Source: Macrostomum lignano (Eukaryota). From it: DNA of 64,000 nt. Below the pieces are notes generated by a model. The model was not told the origin of the DNA and searched no databases. It saw only the letters and a list, made by a program, of their open reading frames with translations. Positions 47,501 to 59,769 of the stretch are shown one piece after another. The stretch is from the NCBI GenBank assembly GCA_002269645.1, contig NIVC01000965.1:1-64000 (forward strand), read 5' to 3'. The translations under genes were made by a program, and so were the position numbers. Each line of letters begins with the position of its first letter. The stretch's first letter is position 1.

Positions 47501-50500
47501 GTGTCCACACGAGCGACACTGCTTGCTCACAGATTAACTTACTTTCCCCAGAACTTCTTCCCTCAATATTTTTCTCAAAGCAACTGGAGTCTCCTGAGCC
47601 GCAAGCATCGGTCAAGATAAGCATACCTGACAGAGTGAGTGGCTGCTCGGACTTTAAACAAACTGATTCTGCCAAACGATAGATCAGTCACAAATTGACT
47701 GCTTTCCTAATACACAGCGGCTGGCCCGGGCTCGGAGTCGCTCATTTCCAAGGGGCTGGGAAACGTTTGGCTGTTGCGTGCACTTTTTCATGATTGACGC
47801 ATTCAATTCTAGCTACCCTCACCCCACTCAACCCGCACCCCACTCAACCCTCACCCCACTCAACCCTCACCCCACTCAACCCTCACCCCACTCAACCCTC
47901 ACCCCACTCAACCCTCACCCCACTCAACCCTCACCCCAGTCAACCCTCACCCCACTCAACCCTCACCCCACTCAACCCTCACCCCACTCAACCCTCACCC
48001 CACTCAACCCTCACCCCACTCAACCCTCACCACACTCAACCCTCACCCCACTCAACCCTCACCCCACTCAACCCTCACCCACTCAACCCTCACCCCACTC
48101 AACCCTCACCCCACTCAACCCTCACCCCATTCAACCTTCACCCCAGTCAACCCTCACCCCAGTCAACCCTCACCCCAGTCAACCCTCACCCCACTCAACC
48201 CTCGCCCCCAAATAGTCATTGCCAGCTACAACTGTTAGCACACTTTGCACCAAATCGCCCACCACATTAACCGACACCATCCAGAGCTGGACGCCGGTAT
48301 CTCGCACCTGTTGAGCCACTCCGACCTGACCCAGTTCCGTCCTATCGTATTCGAGCGCGACATAATTGACTTGAAAAACTACCTGAACGAGCCAAAGGCG
48401 GATCTGTACACTGACGTTGAGCTTGACGAAGAGAACGATCGTTTCCTGATCGACAAAAGCCTGGCTGACCTGCTCCAGGAGCTCAACGATCGTTTAACCA
48501 CCTACGCTAGCGTTGATCGCCAATTCTCCGTCCTGTGGCGCTTTCCAGACGGCATCGACAAGCGCCTACACGAAGAATACCTCGGCGACTTCTGCGAAGC
48601 TTTCATCGAAGCTGCCAAGACAGCCGTCGAGAGTCGGCTAGCTGGAAAACAGATGCACGCCGACAGCGAGGTTGTCCGCGTCTTTGACGACGCCTGGACC
48701 AGCTTGGAGCATTGCCGACTGCTTGCTCCGTTCAGCCTTCGACAGGAGGCCACTATTGAGGCCGTGGTTGAATACTGCGTGGACTTTTCGGCCAGGCAGA
48801 ACTATACCTATCTACTGTTGGGCGGCCAGAACACTGGCAAGATGCCCGCTATTGCTCAGGCTTTTATTGAGGTGAGGTTGACTGGCTTGATTAGTCATCC
48901 GATGCAGATGTGATTAGGGTTGGGGTGAGGGTTGAGTGGGGTGAGGGTTGAGTGGGGTGAGGGTTGAGTGGGGTGAGGGTTGATTGGAGTGAGGGTTGAG
49001 TGGGGTGAGGGTTGAGTGGGGTGAGGGTTGAGTGGGGTGAGGGTTGATTGGAGTGAGGGTTGAGTGGGGTGAGGGTTGAGTGGGGTGAGGGTTGATTGGG
49101 GTGAGGGTTGATTGGAGTGAGGGTTGAGTGGGGTGCGGGTTGAGTGGGGTGAGGGTTGAGTGGGGTGAGGGTTGAGTGAGGTGCGGGTTGAGTGGGGTGA
49201 GGGTGGATTGGATTGAGGGTTGATGGGGTGAGGGTTGAGTGGGGTGAGGGTTGAGTGATGTGCGGGTTGAGTGGGGTGAGGGTGGATTGATTGGATTGAG
49301 GGTTGATGGGGTGACGATCGGGAAATTTGTACAGACAGAAAAGCAGCACAGACACAGATACAGTAAACAGGAAATGAAATTAGCAATAGGACAAAATAAG
49401 CAATTATCCCATTGAGTTTTATGGGCGATGAGGGATCAGCACTGCGTCTGTTTTAATAAGCTGAAGCTAATTAGTCATGCCTAAATTCATTTTTTCGGCT
49501 GCATCACTTATTGATATTGCTATTGCCATTCCCTTGTGCCATGTAATTTCCTTTTGCGGTAAGCAGAAATTACCTATGAAGAATTGAGCGCACCAGACAT
49601 CCCACATGGCGAGTCTATCAATTTTCAGCTAGATAGCTGGATTTTTCAAAAAAATTCTGTACAAAAGTATTTGCTATAGTTGCAGTTTATTTTGATGCAA
49701 AAGTAGTCAATCAATTTTCATCCAATATCTAGATAGCTATTGCTTATTTTAAAGTATTTTAAAGGGTCCCGTCCAACAATCGTAAAAACTCCTAGTATAA
49801 CTAGCAATACCATGCATATTGGGCTAATATTCATTATTTATTATTTATTATTAATGACAGTCACGTTATATCAAAATTAATGACATTACGATCACAGATA
49901 CTACTTCCTGGCTAATGCTAAAAATCAAATTAGAAATTAGAATTTTGTTTAAACGAGATAACAAAGCTAAATTAAACAAAATTATAATATACTTACTAAA
50001 AATATTAATTATTATATGGTACACTAAACCTGATATACTAAACTAAAACAAACTATATTATAAATAATAAGTCACAGATTCATCCTATCATTGCACTATA
50101 TTTTAGTTTTGTTTTGTGAATTACAAAACATTGATTTATAAAGTACTATTTTCCAGAGCACATATATATTATATATTGCAATAGCTATGTAGCCACTAGT
50201 TACTCAGTAAGTCGTGTAAATGAGTAAGTTGAGCGATCGAGTCTTCGTGCTCCTGCAACTGGATTTAAGCTTTATAAGCCAAGATAGGATAGGAAGTAGG
50301 TAGTAGGGAAGGAATGAGAAGATGCAGCTCATATTTCTGATATTACAAGCTCACTCAAGCTACGGGAGAAAGAGAAAAAAGCGACTGCCTAAGAACTCCG
50401 GTTAGCTAATGCTAAAAAATTTGTATCTTTTGCTGTTCTTTCTTTTCATAGTGAATACAGTAGTACACAATGCACTAGAATCAACGACGGCAAACTGCCC

Positions 50501-53500
50501 TCCTCCTCCCTCCGACAGATTCAGCAGCGCCTCTGCGAGTCCCCCGTCGGCGTCCTGATCCCGCGCGTTGTGATGTTCGAACGGCGCCTCTCCGACCTGA
50601 CGGCCAGCCTCTTTAACCAAATTCGCACCTGCTGCCGGCTGGACACCGGCGGCGTAGTTGCCACGGGCGCTGGCGCCAACTCAGCCGAGCAGACGGCGCC
50701 GCCGCCACGCAACCTGCAGGAGCTCGTGGACCGGCTGTCCGGCGCCGGGCCCGTAGTGCTGCTCATCGCTGGCGCCGAGCGCCTCGTCGACGACGCCGGC
50801 GACCGCCTGCCGCCGCAGTCGTTGGTGCCGGCGCCGCGGGGTCCGCCGTCCAACGTGAAGCTGGTGCTCACTGCGCTAGACGAGGCCGGAGGCAGTGTGC
50901 TCAGCCTGGCCGGGCCGCATCTCCGCGTGCTGCACATCGGGCCGCAGACGGCCGACGCCTACCGAGAGTTCGCCAGGCACTACTTGGCCGAGAGGAGCCG
51001 CCGGCTCACGGCAGAGCAGTGGCGCTGGGCTGAGCAGCGGCTGGCCGGCCTGGAAAGCATGTTCCACGCCTCGCTGCTGTGCGACCGGCTGGCCCGGCTG
51101 GCCTCCGGCGACGACCCGGCCGACCTGCCGGCGAGCAGCGGCCTGGCCGACCTGCTGGACGCGGAGTTCGACCGGCTCGAAGCCAAATTCGGTCGCATCG
51201 CCGTGTCGCACGCGTTCGCCTACGTCAGCCTGTCGGGCGGCGGCCTCACGGACATCGAAGTCAAGGACCTGCTTTCGCTGGACGATGCCGTCCTAGACGA
51301 GATGCTCGTCCCAATCGAAGACGGCGTCCGCCAGTTTCCCAGCTCCGTGTGGCTGCTGATGAAGCAGGAGGTCCGCCTGCTCATTCACGAGGCTTCATTC
51401 GACGGCTACTTCGTGAACTACTGGGCCAACGGCGACGTCGAGAGCGCCGTGGCCGCTCGCTACCTGAGCTCCGACGATTTGCGCAAGTCGCTGCACTTCA
51501 CAATGGCCGACTATTTCCTGGGCACCTGGCACGGCGTCAGCAAGCCGGTGTCCACCGTCTCCTCGGCTGACGATGTCAGCTCGGCGGACCGGCTGATGCC
51601 AACCCAGAAGCTGATGTACAGCATCGAAGGCGAGACTGGCGGCAGCGTCACCTCCGGCGGCGGTCAGCAGGGCAGTTTCTACAACGAGCGCAAGTTCCGG
51701 CAGCTGCCGCGTCATCTGTTCCTGTCCGACCGCGTGCCCGAGCTCAACAATCTGGTGCTGTTCAGCTACGACTGGCTCTACTACAAATCCGCCGCCCTCG
51801 GCCTGGAGGAGACGCTGCGAGATTTCCAACTCGTGCCCAGCAACACGGAGGTGTCCCTGGTTGAGGAGACAATCAGGAAAGCGTTCGACATTCTTGGCGA
51901 CAATTTGAACAACTTGGCTGCGGAGCTGTCTGGCAGCCTGGTGCTGTACAGTCACGAGTACAAGAACATAAAGAACCTGGTGCGCCAGGCGGATGTGCGC
52001 GGCTGCCAGCACAATATATTCGTGCCCTGCTATTCCTATGCCAAACTGCCAGGCAGCGCGCTCCAATCTACCGTAGAATGCCCGTCCAATCTGCAGTCGA
52101 TGCACCTGAGCTCCGAGACGGCTACGCTTTACGTGAAATTGAAGGACGACGTGTCCCTGTACAAGTACGATCTGGAACGGGGCACCATGCTGGGCGAGGC
52201 TCGCACGTCCAGCGGAGAGCTGCACCTGTCAGCTGACGAGCGGTACGCCGTGATGGTGGACGACAGGAAGCGGAGCCATCTCAAGGTGAGATACAGAGGT
52301 CCGAGAGGGAGATACTGAGATTGAGAGTGAGATTCTACGATTTGAGAGTAAGATGCTAAGATTCCAGAGTGAGATACTAGATTCGAGAGTGAGATAAAAC
52401 TCCGAGCGAGATGAGAAAATCTGAAAGCGAGACACGGAAGCAACGCGGAGAGTAAAACAATGGAATCTGAGAGTAGAACAATGGAATCTGAGAGTAGAAC
52501 AATGGAATCTGAGAGTAAAACAATCGAATCTGAGAGTAGAACAATCTAATCTGAGAGTAAAATAATGGAATCTGAGAGTAAAACAATCGAATCTGAGAGT
52601 AGAACAATCGAATCTGAGAGTAAAACAATCGAATCTGAGAGTAAAACAATCGAATCTGAGAGTAAAACAATCGAATCTGAGAGTAAAACAATGGAATCTG
52701 AGAGTAGAACAATGGAATCTGAGAGTAAAACAATGGAATCTGAGAGTAAAACAATCGAATCTGAGAGTAAAACAATTGAATCTGAGAGTAAAACAATGGA
52801 ATCTGAGAGTAAAACAATGGAATCTGAGAGTAAAACAATGGAATCTGAGAGTAAAACAATGGAATCTGAGAGTAGAACAATGGAATCTGAGAGTAAAACA
52901 ATCGAATCTGAGAGTAAAACAATGGAATCTGAGAGTAAAACAATCGAATCTGAGAGTAAAACAATGGAATCTGAGAGTAGAACAATGGAATCTGAGAGTA
53001 AAACAATGGAATCTGAGAGTAAAACAATCGAATCTGAGAGTAAAACAATTGAATCTGAGAGTAAAACAATGGAATCTGAGAGTAAAACAATGGAATCTGA
53101 GAGTAAAACAATGGAATCTGAGAGTAAAACAATGGAATCTGAGAGTAAAACAATGGAATCTGAGAGTAAAACAATCGAATCTGAGAGTAAAACAATGGAA
53201 TCTGAGAGTAAAACAATGGAATCTGAGAGTAAAACAATGGAATCTGAGAGTAAAACAATGGAATCTGAGAGTAAAACAATGGAATCTGAGAGTAAAACAA
53301 TGGAATCTGAGAGTAAAACAATCGAATCTGAGAGTAAAACAATGGAATCTGAGAGTAGAACAATGGAATCTGAGAGTAAAACAATGGAATCTGAGAGTAA
53401 AACAATGGAATCTGAGAGTAAAACAATGGAATCTGAGAGTAAAACAATTGAATCTGAGAGTAAAACAATGGAATCTGAGAGTAAAACAATGGAATCTGAG

Positions 53501-56500
53501 AGTAAAACAATGGAATCTGAGAGTAAAACAATCGAATCTGAGAGTAAAACAATGGAATCTGAGAGTAAAACAATCGAATCTGAGAGTAAAACAATGGAAT
53601 CTGAGAGTAAAACAATGGAATCTGAGAGTAAAACAATGGAATCTGAGAGTAAAACAATGGAATCTGAGAGTAAAACAATCGAATCTGAGAGTAAAACAAT
53701 GAAATCTGAGAGTAAAACAATGGAATCTGAGAGTAAAACAATGGAATCTGAGAGTAAAACAATGGAATCTGAGAGTAAAACAATCGAATCTGAGAGTAAA
53801 ACAATAAAATCTGAGAGTAAAACAATCGAATCTGAGAGTAAAACAATGGAATCTGAGAGTAGAACAATGGAATCTGAGAGTAAAACAATGGAATCTGAGA
53901 GTAAAACAATGGAATCTGAGAGTAAAACAATGGAATCTGAGAGTAAAACAATTGAATCTGAGAGTAAAACAATGGAATCTGAGAGTAAAACAATGGAATC
54001 TGAGAGTAAAACAATGGAATCTGAGAGTAAAACAATCGAATCTGAGAGTAAAACAATGGAATCTGAGAGTAAAACAATCGAATCTGAGAGTAAAACAATG
54101 GAATCTGAGAGTAAAACAATGGAATCTGAGAGTAAAACAATGGAATCTGAGAGTAAAACAATGGAATCTGAGAGTAAAACAATGGAATCTGAGAGTAGAA
54201 CAATGGAATCTGAGAGTAAAACAATCGAATCTGAGAGTAAAACAATCGAATCCGAGAGTAGAACAATAGAATCTGAGAGTAAAACAATGGAATCTGAGAG
54301 TAGAACAATGGAATCTGAGAGTAAAACAATGGAATCTGAGAGTAAAACAATCGAATCTGAGAGTAGAACAATGGAATCTGGGAGTAAAACAATGGAATCT
54401 GAGAGTAAAACAATGGAATCTGAGAGTAAAACAATGGAATCTGAGAATAGAACAATGGAATCTGAGAGTAAAACAATGGAATCTGAGAATAGAACAATGG
54501 AATCTGAGAGTAAAACAATGGAATCTGAGAGTAAAACAATGGAATCTGAGAGGGTTGTACAAAACTCCGTGAGTGAGACAGCCAGACACAAATGGCAAAG
54601 CCAGCTAGAGGACACTGATGAGATATGCAGAAAATTTGAAATTCAGATCAATCCAGACTAGCAAACTCAATTTAAATGCGGGAGAGCACATCATCACTGA
54701 GTGGCCTAAAAGCAAGGTTTTAACTTAAACGTTTCATAAAATCCTAGTATCAATACATGTATATGGCAGAAAAATATGAAATCGATCCTCCATTAAAAGC
54801 TTCAAATCCAAATTTCGATGCCACATCTCCAGACTTAAATCCAACCCAAATCAATACCAAATCCTTAGTACTGAATGATAAATTCTAACTTAAAAATCTC
54901 ATATCTCGAACCCTGAATTCCAAATTCCAAATCCCAAATCCTAACTCCTAAATCCCAAATCACAAATCCCAAACCATCATACCGATGCCAAATCTCAAAT
55001 CCCAAATACTAAATCCCAAATCCCGAATCCCAAATACTAAATCCCAAATCACAAATCCCAAACCATCATACCGATGCCAAATCTCAAATCCCAAATACTA
55101 AATCTCAAATCCCAAATCCCAAACCATCATACCGATGCCAAATCTCAAATCCCAAATACTAAATCTCAAATCCCAAATCCCAAATACTAAATCCCAAATC
55201 ACAAATCCCAAACCATCATACCGATGCCAAATCTCAAATCCCAAATACTAAATCCCAAATCCCAAATCCCAAACCATCATACCGATGCCAAATCTCAAAT
55301 CCCAAATACTAAATCTCAAATCCCAAATCCCAAATACTAAATCCCAAATCACAAATCCCAAACCATCATACCGATGCCAAATCTCAAATCCCAAATACTA
55401 AATCCCAAATCCCAAATCCCAAATACTAAATCTCAAATCTGAAATCCCAAACCATCATACCGATGCCAAATCTCAAATCCCAAATACTAAATCTCAAATC
55501 CCAAATCCCAAATACTAAATCTCAAATCTCAAATCCCAAACCATCATACCGATGCCAAATCTCAAATCCTAAATCCAAGTCAAATCATAAGTCCCTAATC
55601 CCAAGTCTCAAATCCCAGGTCGCAAATTCCAAATCGCAAATCCCAAGTCGCAAATTCCAAATCGCAAATCCCAAGTCGCAAATCCCAAGTAGCAAATCAC
55701 AAGTCTCAAACCCTAAGTCTCAAATCCAAAGTCTCAAATCCCAAGTCTCAAATTCCAAATCCTAAATCCCAACTCCCGACTCCTAACTCCTAACTCCTAA
55801 ATCCCAAATCCTAAATCCTAAAACTCAGATTCCAACTCCTAAATCTCTAGCCCTAAATTTCTAATCCCTGATCGTAAGAATTTTGCAAAACTGAGTTCTT
55901 GTGCTACGGGTAAAATGCAGCCAAATTACCGTAAAATAACCGCCGTCCTCGAACTCAGGTTCACCTCTGCTCGGATGGCTCCTTTGTGGGGCACATCCTG
56001 CCGTTGAATTGGATCGACACCATGCCGTTCGAGGAGAAGAGCATGTTCCGCATCACCAAAGTTCGAGTCTCTCGCCGACTAGTTGCTTGCATCGTGGCCT
56101 CGCGAATGTCCTCCGTGATCATCGCCGACTTGGCCACCTGCCAGCCCATTCACGTGTTCAAACCGGACCGGCGTGCGGCGCTGTGCGACATCACCCCCGA
56201 TGAGCGGTTCATCTTCACAAATAATGGGGAGCAGGTACGGAGCGGCGTCGAAGATAGGGCGGATTTTGCTGTTGCAATGAGCTGCTGGAGCGGTTTCCAG
56301 CTAGCGTATTATCTGGTCGCATGTAGATGGTTAGTTATTAAGTAGTTGTAGCCTAGTGGTTGGAGCGTCCAACTCACGACTTGAAGGTCGGGCGTTCGAT
56401 TCCCGATCCCACAGGAACAATTTGTGTCCTTGAGCAGGACACTTAATTCTGCATTGCTTCAGTTTACCCAGCTGTAAAATGGGTAACAAGCATTAGCTGG

Positions 56501-56634
56501 GGTAATTGAGGGTGTGTGTGACAACCCCCCAGTCCTTGGACTGAACAGCCGTACGCAGCCTTCAGATGCGCCGCGCAATAGCTGCGACTGAGCTGTCGGT
56601 TGCACATCTGGCCCGATTGGGGCAGGTGTAATCA

Positions 56635-56676
<42 letters not shown>

Positions 56677-59600
56677 GTTATTATTATTATTATTGCTGCG
56701 ATGAGAAGAATGGGGGGGGGCAGATATTGCTGTTGCAATATGAAGAATGGGGCGGATTTTGCTGTTGCAATGAGAAGAATAGGGGCGGATTTTGCTGTTG
56801 CAATAGGAAAAATGAGGGGGGGGGCGGATTTTGCAATGACTGCGGTCCGGTTGGCATTCAGAGCAACGTGCTGCTGTCACCCACCCCCACAGGTGCTGGT
56901 GTTCGAGATCGGCAACGGAGTCCAGACATCTGTGGTGGATCTGCTGGCGGTGCCGAAGCGCCTGATGTTCACCAGAGACGGCTCGCGCGCTTTCATCATG
57001 TGCGAAGGCGAGCAGAAGGTGGTCATTCTCTACATGGACGCCAAAGGCGCTATCGAGATGTCCTTCAAAATCATGTTCGATAATTCGCTTGGAGACGACC
57101 GGCTGCAGGACATGCGCGTGTCGCAGGCGGAGCAGCTGCTGTTGGTTCGCGCCGAGAAGAACGTGCTGGTGTACGAGTTCGGCCGGGACGCCATTGTGGC
57201 GCACATCCGTCGTCCTCCGGAAATTCCGGCCGAATTCAAAATGCCCAACGCCAATTACGAGCGGATCAACTTTAGCGAGGCGGATTTCGCATTCGGCGAC
57301 CGGGTGGTGATTACCAGCATCTTCCGCGACGTGCTGGTCTGGGAGGTCGAGCAGGGCCGGCCGCTGGTGATGCTGCACGCGCCAACGGGGATTCTGACGC
57401 GCCTGCTGGTTGACCAGACGCGCAGCCTGGTTGTCGGCTTCATTGAGCACTCGCGCGAGATCCACCTGTGGAGCCTGCAGGGCGCCTTCACCGACGGCAC
57501 CGCGGTCGACTCGCTCACTGCGCCAATTCGCGCCGTCCGATCTGCTCGTCGGCGTCCGCGCGCCGTCGCCTGCTGCGACAACAGCGATGAGATGGGCGTT
57601 GTTGATTTGGACACCGGCTACCTCACCGACTTGTACAGCCACGAGGGCGTTGTGGTGGACTGCGCCATATCCTCCTGCGGCGACTACGCCGTGGCATCCG
57701 TGGTGCAGCGCAACCCGAACACCACCAACATCGTCTGGTCGCTGTCCGAGCGTCGAATTCTTGCCGAATTCGGCAACGTGCCCGGCCACCTGCTGCCCTG
57801 CCGGCACTCTAGTGACGTGTACATTGTTGACCAGGCCGAGGTGGCCTTCAAGCAGCCGTTCGGCATCACACGACTGGCTCTGGGTGACGGCGCCGTCCGT
57901 CCGGAGGCGTGCGGCGAGTCGGCGAGCATCCCGCACCTGCTGGGCCGGCCGTTCCTGACTGGCAACGACAGGCTGATCGTCTGCCTGACAGCCAGGGACT
58001 TGGACTGCGCCCGGGCCTATTATATTGAGCCGTGCCTGTTCACCTGGAACACTGGGACGGGCCAGACGAGGCTGATTGGGCCCAGCATGCTGTCCGCCTT
58101 CGGCCTGGTGCGCCGCATTCTGGCTGTGCAGCCTTGTCTGGCCGGCAGCGACGAGGGTGGCAGCGACGTTGTCGTGGTGTACACGGAGGAGGAGGAGGCC
58201 CTGGACAGTGTTCGGTGAGAGTCCTGCGGTGAAGGATGCTTATAGAAGCCTGACTGACTCACACCCATGAGGTCCAGCCTCTAAGGCACAGAGGCCGCTG
58301 TACAGTGTACACCTGTGTGAGCGAGTGCATGAGTGCGTGCCTGCGTACAGTATGGCGCGCCTGTGTGTGCTCAGGAGTCAGCGGAATGGGCAGAATTTCC
58401 ACAGCGCCGTTGTGCATGGTTGTCTAAAACTCAACCTTCCTGGGAATGTTCATCTCTTGGTTTACAATAGTGTGTGAATATAAGGGCATGAAGAATGTTC
58501 ATAGATCGCGAATATTGTTTGTATACCCTCCTAAATCAGCCCCGTTCGTTCTCCTTGTCAATTTGTTCCCATCTGGCATGCATGACTGCGGCAAATTGAA
58601 CTGCAATATCTATATATCCTGTTTTTACCAGTTAACCTCGGCTAAGAAACCTTAATCCGATCATAATGAGTTTCTCCTAGGCCAACTGAGCCTTTTCCAG
58701 CTGTAATTTTCTAGCATTAATTGGACCGGACAGAACTGTCTGCGTCAATTTCTAGGGGGTCGCCGTCTCTAGATCTAGCGCAGGGTTGGACGTTCGGCTA
58801 AGATGCGTTCTGGTTAAACAAGTATTCTCTGTGACTTCCCTGTGGTTATTCTAGTCACAAGAAGGTAATAAATATACGCGATGCGTCACGTGACTTTCTA
58901 ACGGTTAATGTTCCTAAGGACTGTACCTTACGCGTCACGTGGTTTATATCTCGTGATATATATGGATAGATGGTTTTTCATCTCTGCTGCCTGACCTTGA
59001 AGCCTTACAGGATGGTTCAGCGTCAATCCTTCATTAACTCTGCAGGTCGCCCGACCAGCGCCGTTTCACCCAGAGCGTCATGATCATTGACGTCGAGACG
59101 TTGACTCTACGCTGCCTGGCGCCGAATCTTCTGCCGGCCGGCACCGACCCGGACCGGCTGAGCTTCTCCCGCTCCGGCGAGTACTGCGTCGACGCCGACA
59201 ATTACCTGTACTCGGTGGCCGCCGGACTGCCGCTGCGCCGCGCCGCTCCGGCCGGCTTCCAGTTCCGCTGCTTCGCCCTAGCCGACTCGCTGATGCTGTT
59301 CAGCCGTGGCCGCCGCGTGCGCGCCTACCGCGTGCCCGAGTGCGCCCCGGCTGGCGAGCTGGACGCGCATCACGAAGTTCGCGCGGTCGAAGCGCGCAGC
59401 GACGGCTCAGTGCTGGTGGCCTGCCAGTCCGGCAACATCTTCGCCTACAGGCTGGTCGACTCGCCGTCCGAGCGGGCCGCCCTGGAGGCCGTGCAGGCGA
59501 TCCGATCGCGCGAGCTGCTCGACCCGAAGCGGACTCGATCTTGGGACCGCCTGATCGGCTCCTCGCCAGCGACCAGTGACGGTGGCGGCGGCGACGGCGG

Positions 59601-59769
59601 CGGCGACTATTCAAGACCGGCGTCGAAGGCGGCAGCTGCGAACCGGAAGCGCGGTATCGGCGATTCGGCCGACTTCGGCAGCGGTCAAGGAGCCGAGGAG
59701 TATCGGCGCAGCAAGTCGGAGACGGACGCGGTGGAGCTGAACCGGGCTCGATCCTGCAGCGTTATGTGA
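41597..59769 (+). CDS. NWD2: NACHT and WD40 repeat domain protein (NWD1/NWD2-like); exons 41597-41702, 42668-42756, 42838-42954, 45206-45575, 47718-47764 (uncertain), 48239-48871, 50519-52285, 55959-56234, 56893-58214, 59046-59769; about 1816 aa
   Basis: Motifs DFEKEREVLRNEAYPRLYEYF..YGLQF, LLGQKFG, LDSWYRRDEN, LLGGQNTGK, LEAKFGRIAVSHAFAYVSLSGGGLTDIEVKDLLSLDDAVL, LHFTMADYFLGTWHG, NERKFRQLPRHL and a long beta-propeller-like C-terminal half match the NWD family as I recall it. NWD1 versus NWD2 orthology is not resolved. Confidence 0.82.
41790..42610. repeat. 67-bp minisatellite, about 12 copies (NWD intron 1)
   Basis: Unit CTACCATAGACTATTTAGCTAGCTCTGTCCAATGCAGCTTGTACAGACAGTCACTCTGGGACTGAGG. 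Confidence 0.96.
42941..43175. repeat. 26/28-bp repeat spanning the NWD exon 3/intron 3 junction, 9 copies
   Basis: Unit ATTCTGTGCCAGTG|GTGAGTTGTCAC. Confidence 0.95.
43690..45185. repeat. 22-bp minisatellite CCCACCTGAAGCTACTGAAATC (NWD intron 3)
   Basis: Read directly; ends about 20 nt before the acceptor. Confidence 0.96.
45795..46150. repeat. Degenerate GACACT/CTAAAGACAC repeat (NWD intron 4)
   Basis: Read directly. Confidence 0.7.
46850..47200. repeat. Degenerate about 21-bp repeat CTAGAGACTGTCAGTTAGAT (NWD intron 4)
   Basis: Read directly; diverged. Confidence 0.6.
47815..48210. repeat. 16-bp C-rich minisatellite CCCTCACCCCACTCAA upstream of the NWD 633-nt exon
   Basis: Read directly, about 25 copies. 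Confidence 0.96.
48912..49315. repeat. 16-bp G-rich minisatellite TTGAGTGGGGTGAGGG downstream of the NWD 633-nt exon
   Basis: Exact reverse complement of the 47815-48210 unit, about 25 copies. Confidence 0.96.
52450..54551. repeat. 21-bp minisatellite GAATCTGAGAGTAAAACAATG, about 100 copies (NWD intron 7)
   Basis: Read directly; source of the (MESESKT)n, (FYSQIPL)n and (SDSIVLL)n ORFs. Confidence 0.98.
54915..55860. repeat. 7-bp (AAATCCC)n repeat with higher-order unit containing ACCATCATACCGATGCC (NWD intron 7)
   Basis: Read directly. Confidence 0.9.
56255..56840. repeat. Short array of GGGCGGATTTTGCTGTTGCAATGAG units, separated by a segment containing SINE copy 2
   Basis: One copy at about 56256-56281, four at about 56695-56840. 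Confidence 0.7.
56346..56694 (+). mobile_element. tRNA-derived SINE with CORE-like central domain, copy 2 (NWD intron 8)
   Basis: TAGCCTAGTGG, GTTCGATTC, GTGTCCTTGAGCAGGACACTTAA, CAGCTGTAAAATGGGT, shared 3' body CAGTCCTTGGACTGAACAGCCGTACGCAGCCTTCAGATGCGCCGCGCAATAGCTGCG, (ATT)n tail. Confidence 0.82.

Noticed and set aside
52229-54661. 700-790 aa ORFs (MESESKT)n, (FHCFTLR)n, (FYSQIPL)n, (SDSIVLL)n
   Set aside because: Translations of a 21-bp intronic array that is open in several frames on both strands; it lies between in-phase NWD exons.
50876-57936. Long antisense ORFs over NWD exons (e.g. 51395-52225, 56632-57936)
   Set aside because: Typical shadows of GC-rich codon usage with no recognisable domains.
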